Positions 19,392 through 29,487 are shown, counted from the first letter of the stretch. The stretch is 64,000 bases of DNA from Clostridia bacterium (GCA_045652205.1 JAZRTX010000040.1:241-64240), one strand, 5' to 3'. Translations and numbers: made by a program. The notes: generated by a model from the sequence alone, not told the origin.

Positions 19392-19592
19392 ATGAAAATG
19401 TCAAACAAAACTTATGATATTTTAAAATGGATAGCCCTGTATTTTCTTCCTGCCCTTGCAACACTTTATTTTGCACTTGCAGGTATATGGAATTTACCTT
19501 ACGGCGAACAGGTGCTTGGTACAATTTCAGCTATTGACACCTTTTTAGGCGTGCTTCTTGGATTAAGTAGTGCAAAGTATAAAAGCGAATAA
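19392..19592 (+). CDS. Phage holin (Dp-1-like family)
   Basis: MSNKTYDILKWIALYFLPALATLY...LPYGEQVLGTISAIDTFLGVLLGLSS. Confidence 0.88.
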   Translation: MKMSNKTYDILKWIALYFLPALATLYFALAGIWNLPYGEQVLGTISAIDTFLGVLLGLSSAKYKSE

Positions 19593-19618
19593 AAAAGCAC
19601 CCGATAGGGTGCTTTTTT
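19591..19618. terminator. Bidirectional terminator, right boundary of the phage-like module
   Basis: AAAAAAGCACCC-GATA-GGGTGCTTTTTT. Confidence 0.85.
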
Positions 19619-21186
19619 TATTTAATTAGTTCTTTATACAACTTAAAGGTATTAGGCATTACTTCCTCATTAAAACGATAAAGTGATGAATATGCGTTTT
19701 TGCCGTAAAGCACGTAAGCGTTTATGGTAACGTAATCGTTACTCATTTTTGCAGGTGTTTTTGATGTAAATGCATAATCATAAAAAGTAACGTATTCCTT
19801 TTCTTCCTGCGTAAGTGTGTTAAATTCCTTGTAAAAGGTTTCATATAACGTTTTGCGGTCTTCAACTGTAAATTTGTAACTGTTTGAAAAAACGTAAACG
19901 TCAGTACGCATAGTGTATTTGGGTACGGTAAGGAACGCTTCTTTATACTTTTGATTCTGGGATATTATCTTAACTAATTTGTTGCGGTTGCTTGTGGATA
20001 AAGTAATCGTTTTTGTACTTATTCTGCCAAGCCTGTCTTTAAAAGTTAAGGATATATGATTTGTGGAAGTGTTTGCAGGATATTTACCGTTTTCATCAAG
20101 TATATCAAGCACTTGGGGATCACTGATAAATATTTTTTCGGCATTTTGCGCTTGGTAAGTGTAAAAATCATAATAAAGGTTTGTTTTTGCGCTTGGCGGC
20201 GTATATTGGTCTTTTATGTTAGAAGCAAGCGTAACCGCAACGGGTTTGGTTAACGTTTCGCTTGTGGAAATATAAGAATATACTTGGTAGGGTATCACAC
20301 TTGCGGTTAAAAACAGAACAAACGAAAGCGTTACGCTTGCAAAGCAAAGATAGCATTTTTTCAGCGTTTTTAATGAAATTACGTTTATTAAGAACGTGAA
20401 GAACGAAAAAATGAAAAATGTAAGTCCGTAAAACAAATTAAGCACGTCAGTTTCTGAAACAAGCAAATCTAAAATTAAATATATAGGTAAGGTTTCAAGA
20501 TACATTTGCCTAAATATAGTAAATTTAGGCTCAAAGCCTTGGCGCTTAAAGGTTAAAAATCCAAGCAATAAGAATACCACGCCCATAATAACGTAGATAT
20601 GCAAATATTTTAAAAGTGAAAACGCTTCATACTTGCTATTAAATATAAACAATTTCAAAAACGAAATTAACAAAAACATTAACGAAGCAAAGGTAGCTCT
20701 ACCTGATTTTTGCAAGAAAAACACGTTAAATATGGTAAACCCTGCAAGCATAAAGCAGATGCCGAACACGTTTAAAAAGATATTTAACATTTCGCCTAAA
20801 AGCATTACTTGCCAATATTCGCATATCAGGGCTACAACGGATAATATTATACCGACAGTTATTAGGTGAAATAAAATCTGGCAAAAAACTGCAACAGTTA
20901 TGGTAACGTATCTTTCTAACGGTGAATAGGGCAAAGCCCCGTGAAAATCGCAAGCCTTTCTTTTAAAAATAAAATTAAAGGCACATAACGGTAAAACTAT
21001 TGCAATCAAACAAGAAAATAACAGTAAATATTCATCAACGTATTCAATGGTGTAGCGCCGTGTTAATGAAGAACGTTCTAAAATATTACCAACACCCATA
21101 AAGCAAATTAACAGAGTAAGCAATGCATTTGGTAATATTAAACGGCGCATGGTTTCTTTAAATAACCCTTTGTTAAAAATACTCAA
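19618..21186 (-). CDS. ABC-2-type transporter permease
   Basis: Multiple TM helices; FIFKRKACDFHGALP motif. Confidence 0.75.
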   Translation of the reverse strand: MSIFNKGLFKETMRRLILPNALLTLLICFMGVGNILERSSLTRRYTIEYVDEYLLLFSCLIAIVLPLCAFNFIFKRKACDFHGALPYSPLERYVTITVAVFCQILFHLITVGIILSVVALICEYWQVMLLGEMLNIFLNVFGICFMLAGFTIFNVFFLQKSGRATFASLMFLLISFLKLFIFNSKYEAFSLLKYLHIYVIMGVVFLLLGFLTFKRQGFEPKFTIFRQMYLETLPIYLILDLLVSETDVLNLFYGLTFFIFSFFTFLINVISLKTLKKCYLCFASVTLSFVLFLTASVIPYQVYSYISTSETLTKPVAVTLASNIKDQYTPPSAKTNLYYDFYTYQAQNAEKIFISDPQVLDILDENGKYPANTSTNHISLTFKDRLGRISTKTITLSTSNRNKLVKIISQNQKYKEAFLTVPKYTMRTDVYVFSNSYKFTVEDRKTLYETFYKEFNTLTQEEKEYVTFYDYAFTSKTPAKMSNDYVTINAYVLYGKNAYSSLYRFNEEVMPNTFKLYKELIK

Positions 21187-23228
21187 TTTGCGTCATCTCC
21201 TTTCAATTGCGCTAAAAGCCACGTGTAATCTTCAGGTGAAAGGTAAGCCGTAAAATCATAGGAGCCTTGGGCGTAAACGTAAACCTTGCAGGTTAATCCA
21301 TTGATTGAAGGCTGAAGCCTGTTTGCAAAATCGGTAAAAAACGTTTTGTGCCTTTGCTCAATCCCAAGCACGTTAGAATAAATTGTTTCGGTGTATTTTC
21401 TTACGTAAACCGTTGCATCAATGGAATATTGTGGCGAATTTGTTGAAACGTTGGTTAAAAACGATTTTTTGTATAAAAGTTCCATTGTGGCGCTTTCCTT
21501 TTGTGCATTTAACGTTTCATCTACAAAAATCCTTTTAAATTCTTCAAAGTTATTTTTGTTTTTTTCTTCTAATGCACTAAATACAACCTTGTACGTTTTT
21601 GGTGTAAGTTCAGGGTCAATGAAGTACTTAGATGAAAAGGATTTGGAATTATAAACACCGTCAATGGAAAAAATTATTCTGCCAACGTTTTTCTCTTTTA
21701 ACGATACTACGGTAGGATAGCAAAAATTGTTAGGTACGTTAGCTAAAATTGAAAGTTTTTGCGTTTCGTCTAACGCCGAAAATTCTTCGGTAAACGTCTT
21801 GTAAACGGATTCGTCAAAAGTGGTTGAAAGATTTAAACCGTTTTCAATCTTAGCCGAAAGTGTATGCACGTTTTTGGCTTCGGGTAAAGTAATTAAGCAA
21901 GAAATCCAATATGGGTTAGAACGTATGTAATCTGCGATTTGGTTATATGCGCTTGTAGGAAGAGATACGTTTCTGTAATGGATAATGCCATACCTATCTT
22001 TAAAGGTAACAAGCACCCCATTGGTCGGCTGTTTTTTGGCAGGGTTGCCCGATGAAGTATTATAAATATGTTCCGCCATTTTTATGCAAAGATCAGGATC
22101 GTTAACGTAATAATCTTCTAATAAAATATTAGCATAAGATTTTGTTGAGTAGTTTTCAAGGCTACCCCAACATGTAATGTATCTGCCGTTAGGCGTTTGG
22201 TAACCGCTTTGCTTTGCAAAATCTATCATTTGAAAGCCCGTAACGGTAAACTTGTGATTTTTGCAAAACGAAGCCGTTGCAAAAAACGAGCCTACAAGTA
22301 AAACGTTAAGCAGAATAAGTGCGGAAGTGGTGATTAAACCGCGCTTTAAGCCTGCGATGCCTTTTGTAGCAATAAATTCATAAAAGAAACAACAAACAAG
22401 ACTGATGCCGTAAACTGTTATTGCCCAAGCTGAATCTTCAAAAACAACGTAAAAAGCAACTATTGAAAAGAAGAAGCCTAATAAAATAGCGTAAACTGCT
22501 TGTAAAAATTTGTTGGGCGCAACCTTTTTTGCGGATTCACTTTTTCTGTTTTTAACGGCAAAAAATCCTAATAAAAACAGTATAAAACTTGAAACAACGT
22601 AAAAGGGTGAATCTGAAAGATAAAAGAAATCCACGTTATCAAGTATAACATTGTAGGAATCATATACCAAAGAATCAACTGTAAGAGTTAAATTATATAC
22701 GTAGATTAATTGCGTTAATGCAGGCAAAATAAAGATAATACATATATTGATTATTGCCGTAAAAAGCGTACCCGTTATATTGATTGCAAAAACTGATATG
22801 CTATAAAAATAAAAGCAGGTTAAAAACGTGTTTAATGCGTCGCTAAAAGGATAACTGCTATATACGTCAAATACTAAATCGTGGATAAGCGAATTTGTAA
22901 GCGGAGCAATAAATAAAAGTGTTAACCAACTAAACCACGCCAAAGAGTTTGCAAAAAACGTTTGCTTGCGGGTTATTGGTAATGAATGATAAAAATCACT
23001 TGCGCTACGTTTAAAAACAAAGCCGTACGATTTAAAGGCAAAAATAACGGAAGTTACGGGTAAAACATAGCAATAAAGCAAAAATACCGACGTAGCCGTC
23101 TCTAATCCACCCAACAGAACTAACATTGAAAAAAGGAACACGTAAACGGCAAGGGTAATGATGGCAGGTTTTTTTAGTGAATTAAAACTTTGCCAGAATA
23201 CCCAAGGAAACATATTTTTATTTTTCAT
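21183..23228 (-). CDS. ABC-2-type transporter permease with large C-terminal domain
   Basis: FVFKRSASDFYHSLPITRKQ motif; multiple TM helices. Confidence 0.78.
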   Translation of the reverse strand: MKNKNMFPWVFWQSFNSLKKPAIITLAVYVFLFSMLVLLGGLETATSVFLLYCYVLPVTSVIFAFKSYGFVFKRSASDFYHSLPITRKQTFFANSLAWFSWLTLLFIAPLTNSLIHDLVFDVYSSYPFSDALNTFLTCFYFYSISVFAINITGTLFTAIINICIIFILPALTQLIYVYNLTLTVDSLVYDSYNVILDNVDFFYLSDSPFYVVSSFILFLLGFFAVKNRKSESAKKVAPNKFLQAVYAILLGFFFSIVAFYVVFEDSAWAITVYGISLVCCFFYEFIATKGIAGLKRGLITTSALILLNVLLVGSFFATASFCKNHKFTVTGFQMIDFAKQSGYQTPNGRYITCWGSLENYSTKSYANILLEDYYVNDPDLCIKMAEHIYNTSSGNPAKKQPTNGVLVTFKDRYGIIHYRNVSLPTSAYNQIADYIRSNPYWISCLITLPEAKNVHTLSAKIENGLNLSTTFDESVYKTFTEEFSALDETQKLSILANVPNNFCYPTVVSLKEKNVGRIIFSIDGVYNSKSFSSKYFIDPELTPKTYKVVFSALEEKNKNNFEEFKRIFVDETLNAQKESATMELLYKKSFLTNVSTNSPQYSIDATVYVRKYTETIYSNVLGIEQRHKTFFTDFANRLQPSINGLTCKVYVYAQGSYDFTAYLSPEDYTWLLAQLKGDDAN

Positions 23229-24123
23229 TTTTCACCTCGTCCGCCATATAGCCAAGGTCAGCAGTTTTATGAACAAACACTTCTTCTAAGGTAAGGGGAA
23301 GTGCTTCAAGCATGATAGGTTTAAGGGTGTTAAGTTTTTCAAGTAAAGGATCTTTATCACCCTTTAAAATAAAGGATGCAATATGTCCATGCTGAACGTA
23401 TTCAAGCATTTCAAAACCGTCAAACAATTCCTTTGTAAAATCGTAATTAAAACCGATCTGTACTTTAAACATATCACTTTTAAGGTCTTGAATATCGCTT
23501 TCAAAAACAATACCGCCCTTATGTAAAAGCGAAAGCTGATCACAAGTGTCTTCAAGCTCTCTTAATGAATGTGAAGTAAGAATAATAGTGGTTTTTCTCT
23601 CTAACACGTCCTGAATAAAAAGGTTTTTTACTTTGTTGCGGATAACGGGGTCAAGGCCGTCAAAGGTTTCGTCAAAAAATATGTACTTTGGCATACAACT
23701 CATATTAAGCACGATTGCAGCCTGCCTTTTCATGCCCTTTGAAAAAGTGCTTACAGGTGTTGTCAATTTAAGATCAAAGGATTTTACCAATTCGTTAAAA
23801 CGGTCAAAATTAAAGTTTTTAAATAATGAATCATACATTTTTGCCATTCTTAAAAGGTTTGCGCCGGGCAAGAAGTAAAGCTCGTCAGAAACGTAATTTA
23901 TCTTTTCCTTTGCTTTGGGGTTTTCGTAAACTGATTCGCCGTCAATTAAAATTTCACCCTCGTTCGCTTTGTAAACGCCTGCAATCAATCTTAAAAGTGT
24001 AGATTTACCTGCGCCGTTTGCACCGATTAAACCGTAGATACAACCTTCGTTTATTGTGGCAGAAACCTGCTTTAACGCTACGTTTTCTTCAAAAATTTTA
24101 GTTATATTTTTAATTTCAATCAT
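23218..24123 (-). CDS. ABC transporter ATP-binding protein (YtrB-like)
   Basis: GANGAGKST, FSKGM signature, FFDETFDGLD. Confidence 0.95.
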   Translation of the reverse strand: MIEIKNITKIFEENVALKQVSATINEGCIYGLIGANGAGKSTLLRLIAGVYKANEGEILIDGESVYENPKAKEKINYVSDELYFLPGANLLRMAKMYDSLFKNFNFDRFNELVKSFDLKLTTPVSTFSKGMKRQAAIVLNMSCMPKYIFFDETFDGLDPVIRNKVKNLFIQDVLERKTTIILTSHSLRELEDTCDQLSLLHKGGIVFESDIQDLKSDMFKVQIGFNYDFTKELFDGFEMLEYVQHGHIASFILKGDKDPLLEKLNTLKPIMLEALPLTLEEVFVHKTADLGYMADEVKNEK

Positions 24124-24124
24124 T

Positions 24125-24499
24125 TTAATTTTCCTCCAAAGAATAAATACTGTTGATTATTTCTATCAAACTATCTTTTCCTACGCCTGATGCCCGGTAT
24201 TTAATCAGCAATTCTTTAAAATTCTTAAAATCTGCATTGTATTTTTTTCTGATAATTTCAAAAGCTTCAGGGGCGATAAAACTGCCTTTGCCTACAATTG
24301 AATATATTAACCCTCTTTTTTCAAGATCACCGTATGCTTTTGAAATGGTGTTGGGGTTAAGGGTTAATTCCATTGATAATCCGCGAACACTTGGCAACTG
24401 TTCGTTTGGCTTTAAAATACCCTTAAGAATGCCATCTTCAATCTGATCAATTATCTGTTCATAAATGGCAGTTCTTGATCGTAAGTTTATTGAAAACAT
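24125..24499 (-). CDS. ytrA: GntR/YtrA-subfamily regulator
   Basis: IYEQI...LPSVRGLS...NPNTISKAYGDLEKRGLI...GKGSF; short C-terminus. Confidence 0.85.
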   Translation of the reverse strand: MFSINLRSRTAIYEQIIDQIEDGILKGILKPNEQLPSVRGLSMELTLNPNTISKAYGDLEKRGLIYSIVGKGSFIAPEAFEIIRKKYNADFKNFKELLIKYRASGVGKDSLIEIINSIYSLEEN

Positions 24500-24520
24500 C
24501 TGTTTCTTTCCTTCCTGAAT

Positions 24521-24579
24521 TAAGTGTACTATTACGGTTAGTACACTTAAAGTATATCACCGCACTTTTTCAATGTCAA
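24521..24579 (-). promoter_or_regulatory. ytr promoter and YtrA operator
   Basis: AGTGTA-N13-TACACT (24523-24547); minus-strand TTGACA (24579-24574), 17 bp, TATACT (24556-24551). Confidence 0.85.
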
Positions 24580-24610
24580 TACTAAAAAAAGCAGATATTT
24601 TATATCTGCC

Positions 24611-24958
24611 TTAAAAAATATTTAAAATATGCAAGGAATTCATTGTTTTAATATGTTCAATCATATTAGCAACCACTTCCCTGGATTCTAAAAATTCGTC
24701 GTAATCAGCGTCTTTTTCGGCTTTCATTGCCCATAGATACTGGCTTACTTCTTCAAGATCGTTATGGTTTATTAAAACGCCTGCTTTATCGGAAACTTTT
24801 TCCCATTTTTCAGTTACAGCGTCAATCTGCTCAATAGTTTGTATGTTTTCAATATCGTCAATAATTTCAATAAATTCATTATTAAGATAATTTTCCCACA
24901 AAGCAGAACCGGCAATAAACATCACCAAAAACAGCAGGATAACTATAAGATTTCTCAT
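24611..24958 (-). CDS. DUF4363-like protein
   Basis: N-terminal TM, W...LINHNDLEEV and C-terminal NIF; paired with DUF421. Confidence 0.7.
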   Translation of the reverse strand: MRNLIVILLFLVMFIAGSALWENYLNNEFIEIIDDIENIQTIEQIDAVTEKWEKVSDKAGVLINHNDLEEVSQYLWAMKAEKDADYDEFLESREVVANMIEHIKTMNSLHILNIF

Positions 24959-25647
24959 AAAGGTATCTCCTTGATTTTTTTGTTTCTGTAATGAACGTAC
25001 AGGCGGCTTCCATCGTAAAGGGCTAATAAAATATCATTAAAATCACTTTGTCCTGTTTTGGATTTCAGCCAGAACATATCCTTATTTATATAGTTAAGGT
25101 TTTTCTTTTGCGCCTTGCCATCTAAAATTACGGCAATATTCATTTCTTCTTGCTTAGGGCTGAAATCTAAATCCTGTGGCTGAACGGTGCGAACGTCACT
25201 TTTTAATATTACGCTTATTTCACCGTTAGTTTCCAAAATGGCGCAATGCACTTGTGAAACGTCAAAAATATCATTTGAACGCAGCTGCTCCATCAAATCG
25301 TTTAGCGTATAGCGTACTTGTTTTAGTGCATCTTCCAAAATAACGCCTTTATCAATTAAAACCTTGGGCGTTCCGCATATAACCTTTCTTAAAAACGTGG
25401 ATTTTAAAGAAATCTCGGAAAAAATAAGACCTAAAACAAGCAAAACGTAAATGGGAATAATACCCCAAAGCAACGGCGTTGCTAAATCGGACATCGGTAC
25501 GGTAACAAGGTTTGATGAAATCAGCATAACTGCGAATTCATAGGGCTGAAGCTGACCGATCTGCCTTTTACCCATAATACGAAGCATAAATAATAATGAA
25601 ACAAACAGTACAACCGTTCTTAAAATAATATTAGCCAAATAAAACAC
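24955..25647 (-). CDS. DUF421/YetF-family membrane protein
   Basis: RIMGKRQIGQLQPYEF and AILETNGEISV. Confidence 0.9.
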   Translation of the reverse strand: MFYLANIILRTVVLFVSLLFMLRIMGKRQIGQLQPYEFAVMLISSNLVTVPMSDLATPLLWGIIPIYVLLVLGLIFSEISLKSTFLRKVICGTPKVLIDKGVILEDALKQVRYTLNDLMEQLRSNDIFDVSQVHCAILETNGEISVILKSDVRTVQPQDLDFSPKQEEMNIAVILDGKAQKKNLNYINKDMFWLKSKTGQSDFNDILLALYDGSRLYVHYRNKKIKEIPL

Positions 25648-25775
25648 CTCAATATAAAATTATCCCCAAATTATATTAAAAAATAAATAAATTTTAAACA
25701 ATATAATATAACTATATACAACAATAAAAAAATGTGATATAATTGTTGTGAATATATAGAAGGGGGAATAGGCTT

Positions 25776-26603
25776 ATGGATAAAGTAAAACTTGCGGTTA
25801 AGTATATTTATACAAGGCTTTTAGTGTTGCTTTTTGTAATTTTGCTTATTTTAAGTGCATTTTTTTCAAGTATGAAAACCTCTAATATATATTTCGTTTT
25901 AAACGATGCGTTAAAAGCAAGGCTTGATATTATTATTTTAGGTACTGAGGTTGAAGAAAAATCAGGCTTCTTTTCCTATGATTATCTGAATAGTCAGGAA
26001 TATTCACAATTACGTTCAAAGTACAGCCTGTATATTATTTCAAATTACGGCCATAAATTTGAATACAGCAATTTGTTTGTTTGGCCCTGGCAAAAGCAGA
26101 AGACGGTTACTGTTAAAGAAGCCGTATATGCTATAAACGGTGAATTTGATACTACACAGATGACCAAAGCCGAAGCTATGGCAATGGGCGTTTACAATAT
26201 TCCACAGTGGCAACATTCCATTTACCGTGTGCGCCTTAAATACGAAAACGGTACCTGGGTAATTGATAGGGTAGTGCGCAGGGGCGATTACGATTACGAA
26301 GCACCTGAAACACCAAGCTTAAATGAAGATGAGATTGCAGCATTAAGAACACCCACCCCGCCACCAACGCCAACGCCTGATGCATCAAACATAACAGGTG
26401 AAAGGCCTGCAACCATTTCAAGTGCTATCAGAAACGATAAGATAAATTTAAGGGAAGGCCCTGCAACAGAATATAAGATTTTAGAAGTGCTTGATAACGG
26501 CGCAAAGGTTACTGTGCTTGAAGAAAGTGATGGTTGGTATCTTGTTAAAACCCAAAGCGGTAAAACGGGATACGTAAGCGGATACTACATACAATTTGAT
26601 TGA
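25776..26603 (+). CDS. Membrane-anchored protein with C-terminal bacterial SH3 domain
   Basis: N-terminal TM, PT linker, INLREGP...GWYLVKTQSGKTGYVS. Confidence 0.85.
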   Translation: MDKVKLAVKYIYTRLLVLLFVILLILSAFFSSMKTSNIYFVLNDALKARLDIIILGTEVEEKSGFFSYDYLNSQEYSQLRSKYSLYIISNYGHKFEYSNLFVWPWQKQKTVTVKEAVYAINGEFDTTQMTKAEAMAMGVYNIPQWQHSIYRVRLKYENGTWVIDRVVRRGDYDYEAPETPSLNEDEIAALRTPTPPPTPTPDASNITGERPATISSAIRNDKINLREGPATEYKILEVLDNGAKVTVLEESDGWYLVKTQSGKTGYVSGYYIQFD

Positions 26604-26618
26604 TAGGAAGTAAGAAAT

Positions 26619-28166
26619 ATGGAAAGGGATAAGCTTATAGACAACGATAAAGGTTTTTATCACATTATAACTGTTATAATCTGCCTTGGTATTGTTCTTT
26701 TAACAAGCCTTGCGTTGCTTATAAGTTATCTTGTGAGCTTTTACAGTGATAAAACAAGGTCAAAAACATATCAAAGCGATTATCAGTATAATCAGGTGTA
26801 TTTTTCAGATAAGATCTTTGATGGCGTTACTGTTTCAGGTTTAGACGTTGGCGGTATGACCGTTCAGGAAGCTAAGGAATATCTTTCAGGCAGAGTTGAT
26901 TATGATATAAAAACCCAAAAGCTTGTACTTACCTTTGAAGATAAAGAATGGTCTTTTGACCGTGAAACTCTTAAACTGACTGTTGACGTTGAAAAGGCTG
27001 CTAAAATGGCATACGAAACAGGAAGAACAGGCGGAAACGACGAGCAACAAGCCGTACGCCAAAAACTTCAGAACGGCGAAAAGATAGATATTTCCGCTAT
27101 TATTATTGAAGATTCAGACGCTCTTTATCAAGGGCTTATGCAGATAAAAGAAGAAATTGACATCAAGCGTGTTAATGCAACAGTAACTTTTAAATATGAA
27201 AACAATCAGCCTGTTTTCACTTATACTGATGAAAAAGCAGGCAGAAGCCTTGATCTTACAGGCGCTTATTACGATATTTCTCAGCTTGTAAAAAGCGAAA
27301 AAGAAGTGCTTAATTATTCAATTACTCCCAAAACCGTTGAACCTGAAATTAAACGTGCGGATATTGAAAAGCCATATCAGAAATGTTCCACTTTTACAAC
27401 TGAACTTTCCGCATATTCTTCTTCGGGAAGAATACAGAATATTACCCGCGCCCTTGAAGCACTTGATAACAGGGTTTGGATGCCCGGTGAAGTATTTTCC
27501 TTTAATCAGTGGGTTGGCGCAAGAACAGTTGAAAACGGTTTTGGTTTAGGCGTTTTCATTAACGAAGATCAGCAGTATGATGAAACTATCGGCGGTGGTA
27601 TCTGTCAGGTTTCAACTACCATTTACTATTCTGCTCTTTTAGCAGGCGCAAATTCAGTTGGCAGAAACGCACCTATTGAAATTATTGAAAGGCGTCCACA
27701 TACATGGCCCTCTGTTTATATTGCAAGGGGTTTAGATGCAACGGTTTCTTGGCCACATACTGATTTAAAAATGTATAATAACAGTAAAACGCCTTACTTT
27801 ATGAATACGGATATAGTTCGTAAAGGCAGTAAACTTTACGTTACCGTTGAATATTACGGTACACCATTGCCAAACAATGCAAAGGTAACCATTGAAACGG
27901 AAACTATTGAAGAAATTCAGCCAGGCACTCCTGAATATATTGTTGATACGAAGAATAAATATAATCTTCAATTAAATCAGGAAAAAAAGGTTTCTGATGC
28001 CCGTACAGGCTACACCGTAAACATTTATCAGGTGTGGACAGAACCTGGCAAAGAGCCTGTTAAATCACTTTTAACGGTTTCTAAGTATGAGCCTATTAAA
28101 GCAAAGATATACATTTCACCCGAAACCCATGCACAAAGAACAGCACAACAAACTCAGGCAGGATAA
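26619..28166 (+). CDS. VanW-family protein with PG-binding and G5-like regions
   Basis: PGEVFSFNQWVG, GGGICQVSTT, GLDATV. Confidence 0.9.
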   Translation: MERDKLIDNDKGFYHIITVIICLGIVLLTSLALLISYLVSFYSDKTRSKTYQSDYQYNQVYFSDKIFDGVTVSGLDVGGMTVQEAKEYLSGRVDYDIKTQKLVLTFEDKEWSFDRETLKLTVDVEKAAKMAYETGRTGGNDEQQAVRQKLQNGEKIDISAIIIEDSDALYQGLMQIKEEIDIKRVNATVTFKYENNQPVFTYTDEKAGRSLDLTGAYYDISQLVKSEKEVLNYSITPKTVEPEIKRADIEKPYQKCSTFTTELSAYSSSGRIQNITRALEALDNRVWMPGEVFSFNQWVGARTVENGFGLGVFINEDQQYDETIGGGICQVSTTIYYSALLAGANSVGRNAPIEIIERRPHTWPSVYIARGLDATVSWPHTDLKMYNNSKTPYFMNTDIVRKGSKLYVTVEYYGTPLPNNAKVTIETETIEEIQPGTPEYIVDTKNKYNLQLNQEKKVSDARTGYTVNIYQVWTEPGKEPVKSLLTVSKYEPIKAKIYISPETHAQRTAQQTQAG

Positions 28167-28174
28167 AAATATCC

Positions 28175-28203
28175 TTTACAAACAAGTTCTGATATAATAT
28201 AAT
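28175..28203 (+). promoter_or_regulatory. Promoter of rhaA
   Basis: TTTACA, 17 bp, TATAAT. Confidence 0.6.
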
Positions 28204-28233
28204 TTATATATATAATTTTAAAGGAGAAATATT

Positions 28234-29487
28234 ATGAGCACACGTTATGAATCCGCAAAGGCTATTTATGCAAAATATGGCGTAGATACCGATGCAGCAA
28301 TCGCAAAACTTAAAAACATTCCCGTTGCAATTCACTGCTGGCAGGGTGATGACGTTACAGGTTTTGACCACGATGGCCCTCTTACAGGCGGTATCCAGAC
28401 AACCGGTAACTATCCCGGCAAGGCAAGAAATCCTGAAGAACTTATGGCAGATATGGATAAGGCTATGTCACTTTGCCCAGGCGCAAAGAAGATTAACGTT
28501 CACGCTTGCTATGCTATCTTTGAAGATGGCCAGTTTGCTGACCGCGATAAGCTTGAACCCAAACACTTTAAGAAATGGGTAGAATTTGCAAAAGAAAGAA
28601 ATATGGGTATTGACTTTAACCCCACATTCTTCTCACATGAAAAGGTTAAGGATGGTCTTACACTTTCAAGCCCTGATAAAGCAACAAGAGATTTCTGGAT
28701 TGAGCACGGCAAGGCTTGTATCCGTATTTCACAGTACTTTGCTGAAGAAACAGGCGTTCCCTGTGTTATGAATATCTGGACAGGTGACGGTTATAAGGAT
28801 ATTCCTGCTGATCGCCTTGGCCCAAGAGAAAGATATAAAGATTCTATTGAAAAGATTTTGGCTGAGCCTTTTGATAAGAACCTTGTTAAACCCTGTGTTG
28901 AATCAAAGGTTTTCGGTATCGGTGTTGAATCCTATACCGCAGGTTCTGCTGAATTTACCCTTACATTTGCAGCAACCCACGATGGATGCCTTCCTTTAAT
29001 GGATAACGGCCACTATCATCCAACAGAAGTTGTTTCAGATAAGATTTCAGCACTTCTTTGCTTCTTCCCTGAAATTGCACTTCACATTACCCGTGGCGTT
29101 CGCTGGGATTCCGACCACGTTCTTCTTTTTGATGACGAAACAAAGGAAATCGCAAAGGAAATCGTTCGCAACGATGCACTTGACAGAGTATATATGGCTC
29201 TTGACTATTTTGATGCTTCCATTAACCGTATCTCTGCTTGGGCAGTTGGTATCCGTTCATGGCAGAAGTCTCTTCTTAACGCATTAGTTACACCTAATGA
29301 GCTTCTTAAAAACCTTCAGGATAACGGCAATCTTACCGAACTTATGGTAATGATGGAAGAAGCCAAAACTCTTCCCTTTGGCGATATTTGGGAAGAATAC
29401 TGCGCTCAGTGCGGTGTTAAGGCTGATGCTTCTTGGTTTGAAGAAATCAAAGAGTATGAAAAGGAAGTTCTTTCAAAGCGTGCATAA
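28234..29487 (+). CDS. rhaA: L-rhamnose isomerase
   Basis: HCWQGDDVTGF, TGNYPGKAR, VESKVFGIGVESYTAGS, GVRWDSDHV, LDYFDASINR. Confidence 0.96.
   Translation: MSTRYESAKAIYAKYGVDTDAAIAKLKNIPVAIHCWQGDDVTGFDHDGPLTGGIQTTGNYPGKARNPEELMADMDKAMSLCPGAKKINVHACYAIFEDGQFADRDKLEPKHFKKWVEFAKERNMGIDFNPTFFSHEKVKDGLTLSSPDKATRDFWIEHGKACIRISQYFAEETGVPCVMNIWTGDGYKDIPADRLGPRERYKDSIEKILAEPFDKNLVKPCVESKVFGIGVESYTAGSAEFTLTFAATHDGCLPLMDNGHYHPTEVVSDKISALLCFFPEIALHITRGVRWDSDHVLLFDDETKEIAKEIVRNDALDRVYMALDYFDASINRISAWAVGIRSWQKSLLNALVTPNELLKNLQDNGNLTELMVMMEEAKTLPFGDIWEEYCAQCGVKADASWFEEIKEYEKEVLSKRA

Larger units (their letters stand above)
6827..19618. mobile_element. Compact phage-derived module (podovirus-like head/short tail plus lysis; no integrase or replication genes); candidate GTA or defective prophage
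   Basis: Contiguous ImmA, XRE, terminase, scaffold, capsid, portal, adaptor/nozzle-like genes, CHAP lysin and holin, bounded by terminators. Confidence 0.85.

Noticed and set aside
6827..19618. Tailocin or contractile injection system
   Set aside because: No sheath, tube, tape-measure or baseplate-wedge genes are recognisable, while head and packaging genes are present.
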